Assembly: GCF_018977255.1 (NCBI RefSeq)
Contig: NW_024704742.1
Coordinates: 82,400,001 to 82,464,000 of the forward strand
Length of the DNA: 64,000 nucleotides
Direction of reading: 5' to 3'
Source of the DNA: Callorhinchus milii
Lineage: Eukaryota
Positions 49,008 through 63,060 of this stretch are shown here, in pieces. The translations under genes and the position numbers were made by a program. Below the pieces are notes generated by a model that did not search any database, was not told the DNA's origin, and saw only the letters and a list, made by a program, of their open reading frames with translations. Position 1 is the first letter of the stretch. Each line of letters starts with the position of its first letter.

Positions 49008-50034
49008 TGAAAATTAGTTTGTATGTGCCATTCCTTAGCATGATTTATTGCTTTCATGTAGAAGAAAAAAAGCAACTCAATTAAATCTAGCCTTGAAAAG
49101 CAGCTGGCACAGACATTACATTAATCCCATTTCCATTGTTTCGACTCAGCCTTACTATGTGAGGTGACAAGCTGTTGTCTACCCGATCACAGGGAAACTG
49201 GTGAGTGTTGGAGTTTTTTTTCCACATTTCAGTGCAACTAAGTTTCTGGCAATGATCATAGGAATTACAATCGAGACAAGTGTCATAAGTGAGTGGAGAA
49301 GAAAACAAAATTGTTAGCCATGTTTGAGTGAAGGTGGCTGCAATCATCCACCTTCTCTCTCTATATTGTGTTTTTCCTTGATTGGGTAACTTGACTTATT
49401 GCAGATCTATTTGGCACCTGCATACAATTCGTTGTTTCTTTGATGTGATCGCAGTTCTTCCTGTGACAGGTACTACAAGAATGCTTGTCTGGGGGGATGT
49501 CTATTTGCATTTTGTTAGGCTTGATATGCCTTCTCCCTTGTTTCTGAAATCTGCAATACAAAAGAAAAATTATAAAGGATTTTCATGACCAAATATAACT
49601 TTGACAGAGAAGTGAAAGGCTTTTATTTGTTCCTTCTCCATATCAATATGCTTCTCCATCATACAAACCTATTCACTATTTTCCACACTGCATTCATAAA
49701 CTTCGTTCACGCTCTCAGTGCATACAAGCCTCATTGCTCTCCCAGTGGCAACGTCTGAATAATTCCATTCTTTATCCTCTGTCTATTGATAGCCTCGGCT
49801 TTGTTTGCGGTCCTGATCTCAAAAGGAGTTCTCACATTATCTCCATTGCAGCAATTGCTTCCATAATGACTTGGTTTTCATTTTCAGTCTAAATAATTGT
49901 ACAGTATTCTCTGCACCATTCTTAACTCTTCAAAATCCCCTCAAAATTTGAACACTGTACCTATACTATTTCCCTTACACCTGGCAGGAAGCTGGAAAAG
50001 GCTTGTCATTTGTCTAATAGATAATATCAAGGCT

Positions 50035-50376
50035 AATCTGGAACTCTCTCCCTCAATGCCTCCGCATTGCCCCACCCCCCTCCCCATCTTCAAATCCCGC
50101 CTAAAGACCTTCATTTTTGATCGTGCTTATGTGCTCTCCACATGGCTCAGCGTCAGATTCTCTCAGGATTCCATCAATAATCCCTCAAGAAAAAAACAAT
50201 AATAATTTGGTCACTCAATCCATGACTGTTTGTGGGACACTGCTGTGCTCAATTGGCTGCCACGTTCACCCACAAAATATACAGTCAATTCACTTTACAA
50301 TATATTCTGTGAAATGCTTTGAGACGTCTCGAAGACATGAAAAGCACTTTATCAAATGCAAGGATTATTATTTATT
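50035..50376 (+). mobile_element. L2 3' fragment (50035-50150) followed by a 5'-truncated tRNA SINE (50176-50376)
   Basis: FKSRLKTFIFDRAY, then SINE body and tail. Confidence 0.8.
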
Positions 50377-51157
50377 AGCTATAGGCAGTGCAAAACTTTG
50401 ACATTGAAGATGCAGAAGGTTTGTTGTATAGTTTTGAGGTTGTGATACGAGCCAGAGAGGGTGTAATGTGTCAACACAGTTAGGATGGGAAAAGAGAATG
50501 GCACATTTGGAACTCTGGAAGAAAGATACAAGGTGCATGGGAATTGGTATATTGCATTGGAATGCGAACATTCTTCACCGTAGGGAAGCCTTGCTAATTA
50601 CCTGATCGTGGACACGCTGCTGTAAGGAGCGATCAAAGGCTTGGCATCATGCCTTGGACCCTCATCAGCATTGATAGCTCATCTGGCAGTCAGATCTCTC
50701 CTTGCATCTCTTGGCTCGAGTAATCGCATAGTGAATGGAAGAAAGGCCCTATTTCAGTTTGATATAGTGGTTTCACTAAAAAAATCAATAGGCTTTAAAT
50801 CTGGGCATCTCTCAAGATTGACATTTTGTAAAATTTTAGTATGTTCTTCCAAACGCTTGGATCAATTTGCATTAATAAAGAAGTGTAAATTCAGGTTGAA
50901 CTTCAGTGCTTCTCAACTGCCCGTATTTTCAACAGATTCCAATGGCTATGTGAGCTGAGACAACTTTATTACTGTACTGTACAAGAATAATGCAGAGCCA
51001 AGTCTGAAATCTACTAATTAATGTTTTAATTGTAGCTTGAAGTGTTTGGGGGCATTTTTTAAGGTGGAACGAATGGATTGCAATTCTCTTTATAAAGACA
51101 TCCAGTAACACTGACTGTTCTTCCTCTCCCCCTCTTCTTATGCCAATGACATTGAGA

Positions 51158-51882
51158 TTGTTGCATTTGATATAGCAGCTTTCATATCAGGAGGATTTTT
51201 CAAAGCACTTAACAAAGTTTACTGTCGAATGTAGTTATAATAATAATTTGTGCATTTGATGCAGAGCCTTATCACGTCTTCGAGATGTCTCAAAGCTCTT
51301 CACAGAATATATTGTAAAGTGAATTGACTATATATTTTGTGGGCAAAACCCAGCAGCCAATTGCATACATCAGTGTCCCACATACAGTAGTGGATTGAGA
51401 GACCTTATTGTTATTACTTATTTATGTATTTTGAAGGATTTATTACCCACGCGAATCAACTAACAACCAGTTTCCTACTTCCTGCTAGGTCAACAGAGAT
51501 ATGTGGAGTAAGGAAACTTGCCTAATGTTTCATTAACATTTAGTTATTGTAATTTGTAGGCAAACAAGGCTACCAACTTGCGTACTGCAATGTCCCACAA
51601 ACAAGACATGAAGTGAATGATCATTTTTTTTCTGCGGGATTGTTGGCCAGGACACCAGAAGAAACTTCCTTTTTGGAAACTTCCATGGCATTTTTAATGT
51701 CTTCCCAAACAGGCAGAGGGGACCTTAGTTCAATGTCTCATGCGAGGGACGGCATCTCAGACAATGCAACATTCACCCAGCACTGTGTGAAATGCTAACC
51801 TAGACTGTGAGTTCAAAATCTCAGTGTGCGGCTGAACCCACAATCTTCTGACTCAGAGGTGAGAGTGTTACTGACTGAGATA
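51158..51882 (-). mobile_element. Deu-domain SINE interrupted by a long-form tRNA SINE (51239-51540)
   Basis: TSD TAGTTAT at 51232-51238 and 51541-51547; Deu-like body and head TTCTGACTCAGAGGTGAGAGTG. Confidence 0.8.
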
Positions 51883-54800
51883 CAATTAGCTCTGTCCAAA
51901 CATTAAACTTTCACTTTGTGTCTTATGACACTTTCAAGCCATCATCAACATATTGGAATTAAATAAACAGCCAGCATGTGATTAATAACACTGGGAATTA
52001 AAAAGCAAATCACTTCTTAGGCTGCGATAGTCCAAACTCCTGCTTCATTACCACGTATCATTACATTATTCATTATTCACTAGTTCATTACTTTCGGTGA
52101 TACAAATGTAGCCTGTTACTTTGAAACTTAACTCTCCATTATTGCTACAAGTAAGAGAAATAAAAGTATAAAGAACTCAAATAAGCAGAAGTATCGCAAA
52201 ATGTCAACACATCAAAGTGTAATAGTTGATTTGCTTTTATGAGTCTTTTTCTGTCCATTTGGTGACCTCTTGAAGCTAGAGGTCCTACTTTGTGGTTTAA
52301 AAAACAGCTTCCAGCTTAATTTGTGATAATGCTTGAGGGGTTAGTCAATTACCTCATTTTTATAAAAACTGCTGAAGAATACCAGGGTGTAGGTCTGCGG
52401 AGGATGGCTGACACTGATAGATGGCAGGGAAAGGCATTCAAAATTAATAACTCACAGATAAATAAAACATAATGAAGCAGGGACATTGGTGCAGTACTCA
52501 AAGAGCATATTAACTTGCATACCATTGTGAAAATAAATCTTAGTGAGGTAAGACATTACAAACATCAGCACTTACCAAAATTGACCAACATACAACCGAA
52601 GGAAAAGACTGAAGGATATATGTGGTAATTTTGTGGATATACTCAGAGTCCAGATATTTTGTTAAGACAGATGCCTAATTGTTTGGCTTATGAAGAAACA
52701 ATATAGGGTCAGTTTAGGTTAGAACTGTCATGAAGAACTATAGAAGTGTTTGTTCAGTGTTTGACTAAAATGGTGCCCTGTGCTGTCATCTGAAACTCAA
52801 CATGAAAGAGAACATAAAGCAGGGAATCATCTGACAGCTTCTTTCTGAGTTTGTGAAGTTTTTTGGCAACTTTTTATTATTGACCATTTTGGTTTCTTCA
52901 TTGTGCCTCCAAAAATGCTGTGATATGCTACATAGCTTCCAGAGTGGAGAGACGCAACCCAATGGAACCTGTCCTGTCATTCTGCTGGTGTCACTGGCTG
53001 CGATCAATGGAGGAATTCAAACCATTCCTGGCAAACAGACTGGATCTGGTAGAAAGTGCAGAACACCACTGATCAGTCATAAGTCTGCTGGGATGCAGTT
53101 GAATTGGGCACAGCCTGTGATACCTTATTGAATAAGTGTTTAAGAACTCAATAAATAAAGGAACATTCAATACCTAGTTGGATTAGGGTTGGCCCATTAC
53201 TCTACTTGATAAGTGACAGGACTGTGCACCTCAGTAGATCAAGTACAGAGTGACGAATAAGGCCCATTAAATTGGTTTTGAAGTCTTGTGCATCATTTAG
53301 TCGATGCACACCTCATGACTTTGTAGGTACAAGTCAGGTCCAATGTCTATTGTCCTAATAAACAGGCAGAGGATCTAATGTCTATGAGTCATTGACGTCT
53401 ATCATAGATGGATGGTAAAAGTGAGCAAAATTTTAGTTTTCAGAATTGAGAAAGGGGGCTCGTAACCAACTCTTGCACCAGAGCCCCTGGGGCCTTATTA
53501 CCCACTGAAGCTGTGGTTGAATGACACATCATTGAGTACAGTGCCTCTCTGCACACTTATTGTGTACATCTTAAAAACTAAGATGAAAATGTATGCCTTT
53601 CGACTGACTTTAGTTTGTGTTTTGAAGCTCTTTCATTGCTAAATAATCACATTCCACATTTCGCCCGGAGGAAGATAATAGATACATCACTTCTGTTATC
53701 ATGCATTTTTTGCCAGAAATCCCTTTACAATGTGCTTGCGATGATGCTGGGATCCCACCGGTTACCCATTTAAATTAGGTGTTTAATATTTATTTTGCTG
53801 CAGAGAATAACTAAAGAGTGCTTCGGGGGCACTGCGAAGCATGATGCATCGGTGGTCACACCCACATGACTGTACTATTAAGGAGATTGTTATCGGAACT
53901 GCAAACTGGTTCTTCTATTGTATAGATCCTCTGAAATCAGCACCACAGATAGGTATTTCATTAACTGCAGCTAAGCTAATACCTGAATGCTAATGATTAT
54001 AGCTAAGGAGACTCACAGTGGTCACCCTCAGTGCATTAGGAGATAGTTTGGAAACTTTGACTCAGAAAGTACTTTCAATAAATTTGAATTACAGCTTATC
54101 AATGCTGTGACATGTTATGTCTTGTACTCGGGTTGCTGTGGAGCTAAATTAGTTGCACTATCTAGGGAGAAAGAATAAATCTTCTGCCACGATCCAGAAA
54201 TGAATGTTACAGTAAAAAGAGAGTGAGCCCTTCTCCACTGTTGTGTGTGATGCCTGCTGATGGGAAAAGAGATCCATCTGGTAAAAACACTTAATAAGAA
54301 ATAACTGTAATAGAAAGTCAATTTATGGCCTTAACATTTGACACTGCTTTGATTTAAAACATTCAAAGTCTCTCTCTCTCTCTCTTGCTCTTTTATATAT
54401 TTTTAATTCCGGTTTCAAAATCATTGAGTATCAAAAGCTTCTGTTATATTATGGCTCTGGTACAAAGAACAGTCAAAGGCAATAAAGTTCAAACTTTGAC
54501 ACAGAAGCAACCTCAATGTCCAAAGCATCTTTTTTTTTTAAAAAATGGTTGTTTTTACCTTTGCAGTGACAAGTCTGTCACTAAGCAGTGGTTGGCTATC
54601 ATGTTGTGGTGATGTACTTGGATGTACTGTTAACATTCATAACTGCACAGACAATAACATCAACTCCCTTCGCTGATTTAATACTGTAGATTTCCATCCC
54701 ATTAAATGCTGTACAACAATTGCCAATTGTTAAGTTCTCCAAGACGCTACCCGGTGTGAAGGGCACTATATAAGTGCTAAAATAAAATTTGTTTTCGTTA

Positions 54801-54924
54801 AACTATTCAATCAGTCGAAGGCCATATTTCAATTAAAACTGTAACTCATGGCAAAAATCTAATTAATATGTGGATTATAACAACAGAATCATTAGCAGAG
54901 AAAATAGATCATTTGATAATCGTG

Positions 54925-55290
54925 TAATAATAGTAATCCTTGCATATGATACAGCACCATATCACATATTTGAGATGTCTCAAAGCACTTCACAGAAGTT
55001 ACTGTAAAGTGAATTGACTCTAAATTTTGTGGGTGGAACTCAGCAGCAAATTGAGCACAGCAGTGTCCCACAAACAATGTGGATCGAATGACCAAATTAT
55101 AATTTTTGTTTTAAGGGATTATTATCCGAAAGTGATCTGCCAATCGACTAACAACCAGGTTTCTACTTACTGCTAGGTAAACAAGGGCATGTGGAGTAAA
55201 GAAATTTCTCTTAAGATTTCGCCCTGCCCGAGAATCAAACCTAGGTCCTCTCGCTTGCACGACAAGTGCTTTATCCAATATGCTGTGGGT
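54925..55290 (-). mobile_element. tRNA SINE, long form
   Basis: Includes CCAATCGACTAACAACCAGG...TACTTACTGCTAGGTAAAC. Confidence 0.87.
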
Positions 55291-55759
55291 CTTTGGTTTG
55301 TATCAGGTCAGGAGATGGCATTGCATCTTGACACAGGAAGACATCTGCCCACAACAGCTTTAGCATGCCCTCCTGACCTGAAAGGCGCTAAACCAAATGC
55401 AAGAATTATTATTATTATTATCTGATGTTAGAAATTGTTCCCGTTTGTTACTCATACACTTTGCTTTGCTTTTCATCCCATGGTTGGTTCCGCAAATACT
55501 GAATGAAGTACCTTAACCTCTCATGTGTCCCTTACATGCTGAGTGGGACATTTAGTTCTGGCCCTGTGTGACTGCAGTGTGGAGAGAAACAGCTGCACTT
55601 AAAACGATTCACTCCAACACATATAACTTGAAGAGAGCATTGAAACATTTGTCAGCATTGTCTCTGAAAGATGTGTGTAAGAATATGAAATGATTCAATA
55701 AAATGGACATCAATAGGCTGTTTAAGCTTTTTGGTGAGCCCAAGGGAGCATAAATATAA

Positions 55760-56671
55760 GCAGATCTACTAGAGAGTTTAGGAGGATCGTCATGCAGCAG
55801 GTGGTGAGAATGTGATATTCAGCCATGGAAACTATGGTTATAGAATCATAGAATCATAGAATATTACAGCACAGAAGGAGGCCATTTGGCCCATCATGCC
55901 TGTGCCAGCTCTTTGGAAGAGCTACCCAACCAGTCCCACTCCACTGCTCTATACTTATAAAGTCAAGGAACTCATATGCTTTTTTGACAGCTCTATCAAC
56001 CTGTCCTGCCAGCTTCAAAGACCTGTGCATGTGAATCCCCAGGTCTCTCTGCTCCTGAACCCCCTTTAAAACTGTATCATCTAGTGTATATTGCCTCTCC
56101 TCATTCTTCCTCCCAAAATGTTCACCCTACACTTCTCTGCATTAAATTTCATCTGGCATGTGTCTGCCCATTTCACCAGTTTCCTCCAGTTTGAAAACCA
56201 ACCATTCACAACTTCCTCTACTTTATGTCTCCCAGCCAGTTTGTATCCATGCTGCCACTGTCCCTTTTATCCCATGGGCTTCTATTTTGTTAACTTGTCT
56301 ATCATGTGGGACCTTATCAAACAAAGTTAATTGGTTGAAGCAAATAGCATCAATCTATTTAAGAGGAAACTTGATACATACATGAGAGAGAATGGAATGG
56401 ATGGGGAAGGGGAATTGGAGGGATGGGGGGAATACATACGAGAGAAAGAAATACATGCGGGAGAAGGTAATAGAGTGGTATAAGAAGAAAGGAATAAAAG
56501 GGAATAGGGAAAAGAGAATACGTCGGAAAAGGAAAGATATACCTATGAGGAATAGAAAGCCTTCAAGGTGGAATAAGCAGTAAGTTGAGACTCATGTAGA
56601 ATATAAACACTGGCATGGATTAGTTGGATGGAACGGCATTTTACATGCTGTATAGTCTATGTAAATCTATG
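55760..56671 (+). mobile_element. Old CR1 3' fragment containing an antisense CR1 and a purine-rich tract
   Basis: GTGGTGAGAATGTG...TGGTT | TGGTTGAAGCAAATAGCATC...FKRKLDTYM; ends CTATGTAAATCTATG. Confidence 0.65.
55839..56330 (-). mobile_element. CR1-type LINE 3' fragment
   Basis: (CATAGAAT)n, the reverse complement of the CR1 (ATTCTATG)n tail; ACAGCACAGAAGGAGGCCATTTGGCCC; ORF2 remnant WQMKFNAEKC-V--LG. Confidence 0.88.
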
Positions 56672-56959
56672 GAAGAAAGCAGCTTGTTAACATACTGTAT
56701 CACTCTATGTAACTCTGTAACTTGCACCTTTGGGATCTTGTGTTGAAAGGTCTGCTGTGCTTCACGAGTAATTAATGAAGTGCTGCGATGGTTTTTGAAG
56801 GCAAATAGCAAAATCACACCTTTTGATTTGGCCTCCCCAGAGGATGCCAAATAATTTGAGCTTCATGTTGAGCTTATGACAGTGTTTACCCAATTAATGT
56901 GAAGAAGATTGAGCTTGTTTATCATTGAAGGAGCCATGAGACTGTGTTAGTGGTAGATA

Positions 56960-57287
56960 AGTCCTGTAGCTCAGTGGTTAGAGCACTCGCTTGGCAAGCG
57001 AGAGACCTGAGTTCAATTCCAGGCAGGGCAAAACCTTGGGCAAGTTTCCTTACTCCACACACTTAATAATAATCCCTCCAAAACCCAAAACAATAATAAA
57101 TTGGTCATTTTCAATCTACGACTGTTTGTGGGACATTGCTGGGCGCAATTGGCTGCTGCGTTCGCCCACAAATATACAGTCAATTCACTTTACAGTGTGT
57201 TCTGTGAAGCGCTTTGGGACATCCTCCCAACGTGAAAAGCGCTATATCAAATGCAAGGATTATTATTATTATTATTATTATTATTAT
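56960..57287 (+). mobile_element. tRNA SINE, young short form
   Basis: Near-identical to the 35275 copy; long (ATT)n tail. Confidence 0.95.
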
Positions 57288-59356
57288 AGGGAAGGAGTAT
57301 CACCAAAAGTTGCATCCTACCACCCCTTTTTAGAACTTTTGCATTTTTGTTGCTAAGGAGAGCACTAAAAAAGTAAATTAAACATAAATAGGGATTTAAT
57401 GGAGCATTATCACATCACATACCACATTTTTGTCTCAATGGTTTGTATTTGCATAGCTCCCCCACAGCATATGCCACTGCTTTACTGACTTACTGAAGAG
57501 CCAAAGCTCGGTGAAAAAAAATCACATTTTAATATCTAGCTTTGAATGCAACAAGACTATTTTGCTATTTTATCCTAAGTTCTCCGAGACCCGACCCCAT
57601 GTGATATATAAAGGCAAGTTGTTTTTGCAGTTGGGAAGTCAGTAAATTTACCAACTTTGGTAAATTAGCTTGTGTTTTTTGTAAAAAATAATTACATTTC
57701 CATTATATTCCAAGTCACTTTTTTCCCCACTAACTTTCCCCCTCCATCATTCCTTTTCAGCTGCATATCACTGTAGATAAGAAAATTCCAATGTTCCTGC
57801 TAATGGTGGTTTGAACCAACTACAGTACTTGGAAGTGAAGAATTGGAGCCTTAGGGAGAATTTGCAGTTAAACCTTCCACTGTGCGAAGGTGCCTAACTC
57901 CCAAGTCCTAACATCTAAAACTCACAGCATAGTACAGTGGGAGAAAGGAGTTTGTGCCAGTGTCGTAGCTAACAATTCCTCAGTTAAAATTGATCATTCA
58001 CTTCATGGTTGTTTGTGGCACATTGCAGTTTGTAAATTGCCCTATAAAAATACAATCACCACACTTTACTGTAAGTCACGTGAAGCAATTTGAGGCCCTT
58101 TGATCACATGGTAAGGCACTAAATCAAAACGCATTATTATTATTATAATAAGTTTGAACTCAATCTGTGTTCTCCTCTGGAATGGTGCCACAGATTGGTG
58201 TGGCAAAGGGTTGAATCATCTTACTGGCACATTTTAAACCAAATCTGAATATAAAAGTATTTAAATGTACATAGAGCTCACACACATGAGGATCAGGCCA
58301 TTATGGAGCCTTATCTTGCAGCGTACCTTTAACAATCTATTCTTTTTGCCATTGTTTCTCTTTACCAAATGGGTTGAACAGCCTGAAAAGAAATGGGACG
58401 AACTAGGGGAGCACATGCTTTATGACGTTTGATGTGCCGGAGCTCAACACTGCGATGATATCTGACTTCCTCATTATCTCAGAAAGAAAGGATGCAAAGA
58501 ATCAGTCTGTACACTGCAAGAATATATCAAGTCTCTGTTTTGTTTCTTTCCTCTCTCTTCAGCCAGGCTGATCACTGAGGAGGCATAATCTGCTTATAGA
58601 AGATATTTGTCCTTTGTGGCTTAGCCTTTGCTACGCTTCTGAGCTTCAGCCATTTCATTCCACTCTCCCTGGCTGTCACCTCAGCATTTGACAGCCACTA
58701 GATCACATCTACAAACAATGTAGCTGGCTTTGGGATTTCGCAACCTGAGATGTCTTACCATATTTATGATGTGTTGCGGAACTGTTAGTAAGAACACGAT
58801 GCTGTTGCTCAGGAAACCCCCAAAATGATAAATGTGCTGTGTGAAACCAATGACAGTACAAATAGATTATAGTCCTCAGAACCTTTTCACATTGTCATAA
58901 GGACTGAAATGTAATCAAAAGGTATATCCGTTTTGCCACATCTTCGGTTTACAGATTCACTACATTAACCCTGTGACAACCGCAAAGGGGATTTTGTCTC
59001 CCTTCCTTTTTTTCGATAAAACAAAAGCAAGAAAGCAAAGTTTTTTTCCATTAGGGAACTCTATATAAATGTTTGAATATGATGTACAGTATTTCATTGC
59101 TCATATTAGGAAATCCTCTGATGATTGATTGGTGGCATGGAGTCCCGTAGCGTAGTGGGTAGCACGCTTGCCTTGCAAGCGAGAGGATTTGGGTTCGATT
59201 CTTGGGTAGGGTGAAGCGCTCTGAGATGCTGTACAACATGGAGGATGCTATATAAATCCAAGTTGTTGTTGTTGTTGTTGTTGAAACCGTATGCAAGTTT
59301 CCTTACTTCACTTGCCTCTGTTTATCCAGCAGTTAGTAGGAACCTGGTTGTTAGTC

Positions 59357-60719
59357 TTCCCTCCTCTTCCTAGTCTATATGCTCCCTCTTGGGGATGTCA
59401 TCCGTAGACATGGGGTACACTTCCACATATATACAGATGACACCTAATTCTATTTTTTCCACCTATTTTTTGCGACCCCCCAGTCCCCTGATGTTCTGTC
59501 AGCCTGTCTGTCAGACATCAGGAGCTGGATGAGCGCAAATTTTCTTCAGCTGAACGTTGACAAGACGGAAGCCATACACTTCGGCTCTCGTCAACATCTA
59601 AAATCACATGGTTCTCACCTCCTCCACCTACCCGACCTCACCCTAAAACTCTCAGAACCCGTACGCAACCTAGGCATCAGGTTCGACCCCTAATTATACT
59701 TCCTCCCCCCACATCCGGTCCCTCACCAGCACCGCCTTCTTTCACCTCCAACGTAGCGCCCGTCTCCGACAATACATCACTCCAAAAGCCGCCAAAACCT
59801 GGTCCATGCCTTTGTCACTTCTTGGCTGGACAATTAAAATGCCTTCCTTGCCAGTTTCCCCTCTACCAATCAGTCCTGGAGAATCTTGTAGCTCAGTGGT
59901 TAGAGCACTCGCCTGGCAAGCAAAAGACTTGGGTTCAATTCCAGGCAGGTCAGGGCAAAACCTTGGGCAGATTTCCTTACTCCACACTCCTAATAATAAT
60001 CCCTCCTAAACAAAGCAATAATAAATTGGTCATTTTCAATCCACTACTGTTTGTGGGACACTGCTGTCCGCAATTGGCTGCCGCATTTTGCCCACAAATA
60101 TACAGTCAATTCACTTTACAGCATATTCTGTGAAGCGCTTTGAGACGTTGAGAAGACGTGAAAAGTGCTATATTAAATGCAAGGATTATTATTATTTATT
60201 ATTATTATCACAAAATCCAGGTCATCCAGAACTCTGCAGCCCGTATTCTTACCTGCACCAAAGTCTGCTCCCTGATAACCCCAGACCTTGCCAGACTGCA
60301 CTGGCTGCCTATCCCAGAGAGGATCAACTTCAAGATTCTCACCCTTGTATTCAAATCCCTCCACTCCTCTGCACCCCCTACCTCTCTGACCTCCTTTCTC
60401 ATCACAGTAGTGCCCGTTGGCTTCACTCCACCGGGTCTGACCTCCTCCTTGTCCCCCGAGTCCTCCGCTCCATCCTCAGCGGCCGTGCCTTCAGCCATTA
60501 TGCCCCGAGGCTCTGGAACTCCCTTCCTCACTCCTTCGCCTCGGCCCCTCTCTTCCTATTTTCAGGTATCGGCTGAAGACCTTTCTTTTCGACCGCGCCT
60601 TTGGTCATCTTCCTCCCCCTCCCCCTGGCTCGGCCCCGGGATCCATTACTGTGAAGCGCTCTGAGACGCCGTCCATCGTGGAGGGTGCTATATAAATCCA
60701 AGTTGTTGTTGTTGTTTTG
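59357..60719 (+). mobile_element. L2 fragment (RT C-terminus to tail) nested in a SINE
   Basis: [40 protein letters not shown] on both flanks. Confidence 0.94.
59877..60207 (+). mobile_element. Short-form tRNA SINE nested in L2
   Basis: Complete head and (ATT) tail interrupting the L2 coding remnant. Confidence 0.93.
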
Positions 60720-61009
60720 TAGTCGATCGGCGGATCGCTTTTCTGGGGGTAATAATCCCTTCAGAAAAAATAATAATAATAAAATAATAATAATTTGGGT
60801 ATCTGATAGTATATTAATAATTTGGTCTCTCGATCCATTACTGTATGTGGAACACTGATGCATGCAATTGGCTGCTGGGTATCGCCTACAGAATACACAG
60901 TCAATTCATTTTATTGTGTATTCTGTGCAGTGCTTTGAGACCTCTCGAAAATGTGATAAGTTGCTATATCAAATGCAAAGATTATGATTTTTTTTGATGA
61001 AATCTTAAC

Positions 61010-61345
61010 TGGATGTTCTGTGCAGAGCCCGGAGGCACAAGGTCCCAACTTTGTCTGCGTTGAGTCAATGATCTCAGTCTAAAGTGCTACGTTTCGAAGC
61101 GAGGTTAGAAGAAAATCAGCTTGGGTCTCACGATCGTCTCATGATCGCCTCGTGATTAATAAACATTGGCGCCTGCACGTGCATGAAGATCAGTTGAGGG
61201 GTGGATTGAGCTCAATAAGGGAGAACACACACGCTCACTCTATGCTGGACACTGTCCAGACTTACAGATGAAGATTGTGCTGCAAATTGGATTGCTCGTG
61301 TCCAGGAAACCAAATCCCAACACCAGAGGTCTTCAAGAGAGACGT
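61010..61345 (+). mobile_element. Ancient SINE-like repeat (same family as 15255)
   Basis: AAGGTCCCA...TGAGTCAATGATCTCAG...AAAATCAGC...CACTGTCCAGACTTACAGATGAAGA. Confidence 0.5.
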
Positions 61346-61699
61346 TGTGAATACTGAGTAGCACTAAACTCTTTATAAAGCTGTCATCCTTCAGTCCTGT
61401 GGTTCATATCAAAACAAGGATCACAATTCATGCAGATTTTATGTAGATTTTTCTACAGAATTGTAAACGTATTGCATTATTTGACCTTTTGACTCTGAAG
61501 AGACGATTTTGGCAAATTTGCAAGTTTGCAGAGGATTACCAAATGCCAGAAACAGGAAAGCTACAGGAGAGGCTACACTGATGACACCAATCGTATTGCA
61601 GTTAATTATCTATACAGTGAATTGATGGCAGCTGAAAATAAACAGGTTTTCGATTGCAATAATCATACTACAGCAACAGCCAATTATATAGAGCATATC

Positions 61700-62005
61700 A
61701 ATATAGCGCCTTTTACTTTGGGTGGATGTCCCAAGCTGCTGGACAGTCAAAGGTTTGAGATTGGGATCAGGAGAGGTGGGGGGCAAGGGGGTGGGGTTGG
61801 CAGGCTGACCAAGGATATGGTCAAAGAGAAAGCTCTTGAGACGAAGAAGGCAAGTAAGGGGGCGAGGCAGAGGGACTACAGGATGGAGGTCCAGAGGGTG
61901 GAGGCAGAAAGGCCAAAGGCCCAACCACCAAAGCTTGAGAGGGCAGTGTGGGGGATATGCAGAAGGTCAGTGGCCATTGAGGGGAGTGAGTGGGCATGTT
62001 GGTAA
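61700..62005 (-). mobile_element. Old L2 3' fragment
   Basis: LKSFLFDH remnant and tail TTGGGACATCCACCCAAAGTAAAAGGCGCTATA on the minus strand. Confidence 0.8.
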
Positions 62006-63060
62006 GGTATAGAAGCTTTACAGGACGGTAGGAGACCATTCAATCACTTGTGACTGTATTGGTGCAAGCTCCTCCATTGTTGCTATCTGCTCTAATCCCA
62101 CTCCCCTCTTCTTTCTCCATTCCCTTTAATTTTTTATCTCTCAAATGCTTATCCAATTTCCTTTTATAATGCTGCTGCAATCATTTACAGTAAGGCATCC
62201 TACATTTTAACAACATTGTAAGTCTTTCTTTTGATTTCTCCCTTGATCTGTTTTTGCTTCTGACTATCAATAGAAATCACTATCTATATTTACCCAATGA
62301 AATAAAACCATAATTTTGAATAGCTCTATCTTATTTCCCCTCATCTTCTCTGCTCTAGTGAATTCAGTCTCAATTTTAATGGCTCTTCATATAACTGTCA
62401 TACAGTAGGTTTTCCCAATCGCAATTATAAATGACCTTGAATAGGAGTTGACCGAAGCTCCTAAAAACAAAGAAAACAAGGACCTATTACAGTAACCATG
62501 GCATCTGAAGAAGGAAATCTCACTGGCAATTACCCTCCTCACTCACTTGCTAGCTTGCCATGTGTTGAAAATGAACTGAACTTCTCGGTCTTCGGATCAT
62601 AGCAAAAGTCACCTCTGAATGTAGCATTGGTGTGCAGCACACAGGAAATAACATCTGTAACGCAAGAGAAGGCAGATAGATTTCTGCATGGATTCTGTGC
62701 AATCGCAACCTTGATCAGTGGTTGCTCTTGATCACGTCTTGTTATGAGACAGGTGGGAATATTATGGACCCTACCCCTGTAACTATTGCCTTATAATGGT
62801 ACTTCTCTTGGTACTTGCCAAAAATTTAAGCTGGATTTGTGAGTTAATGAATCTTGCAGTCTGTCAGTCAGTTTAGTGTTTCATGTCAATAGTTCATCTG
62901 AATGAGTTATCGTATGAATTCACCATGTGCTTTCATCATAATAATGCCTTTTGGACATCCTCTTGATTTACTCCTAATATAAACTAATAGTAAAACAACA
63001 ATAATAATCATTGCATTTAATATAGCATGTAGAATGTTAGAGGGTCTCTGTAAAGTAGTT

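Larger units (their letters stand above)
59138..60989 (+). mobile_element. Long-form tRNA SINE split into three pieces by nested insertions
   Basis: Head 59138-59215, middle 59283-59356, remainder 60720-60989; the pieces rejoin colinearly with the 28931 copy. Confidence 0.88.
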
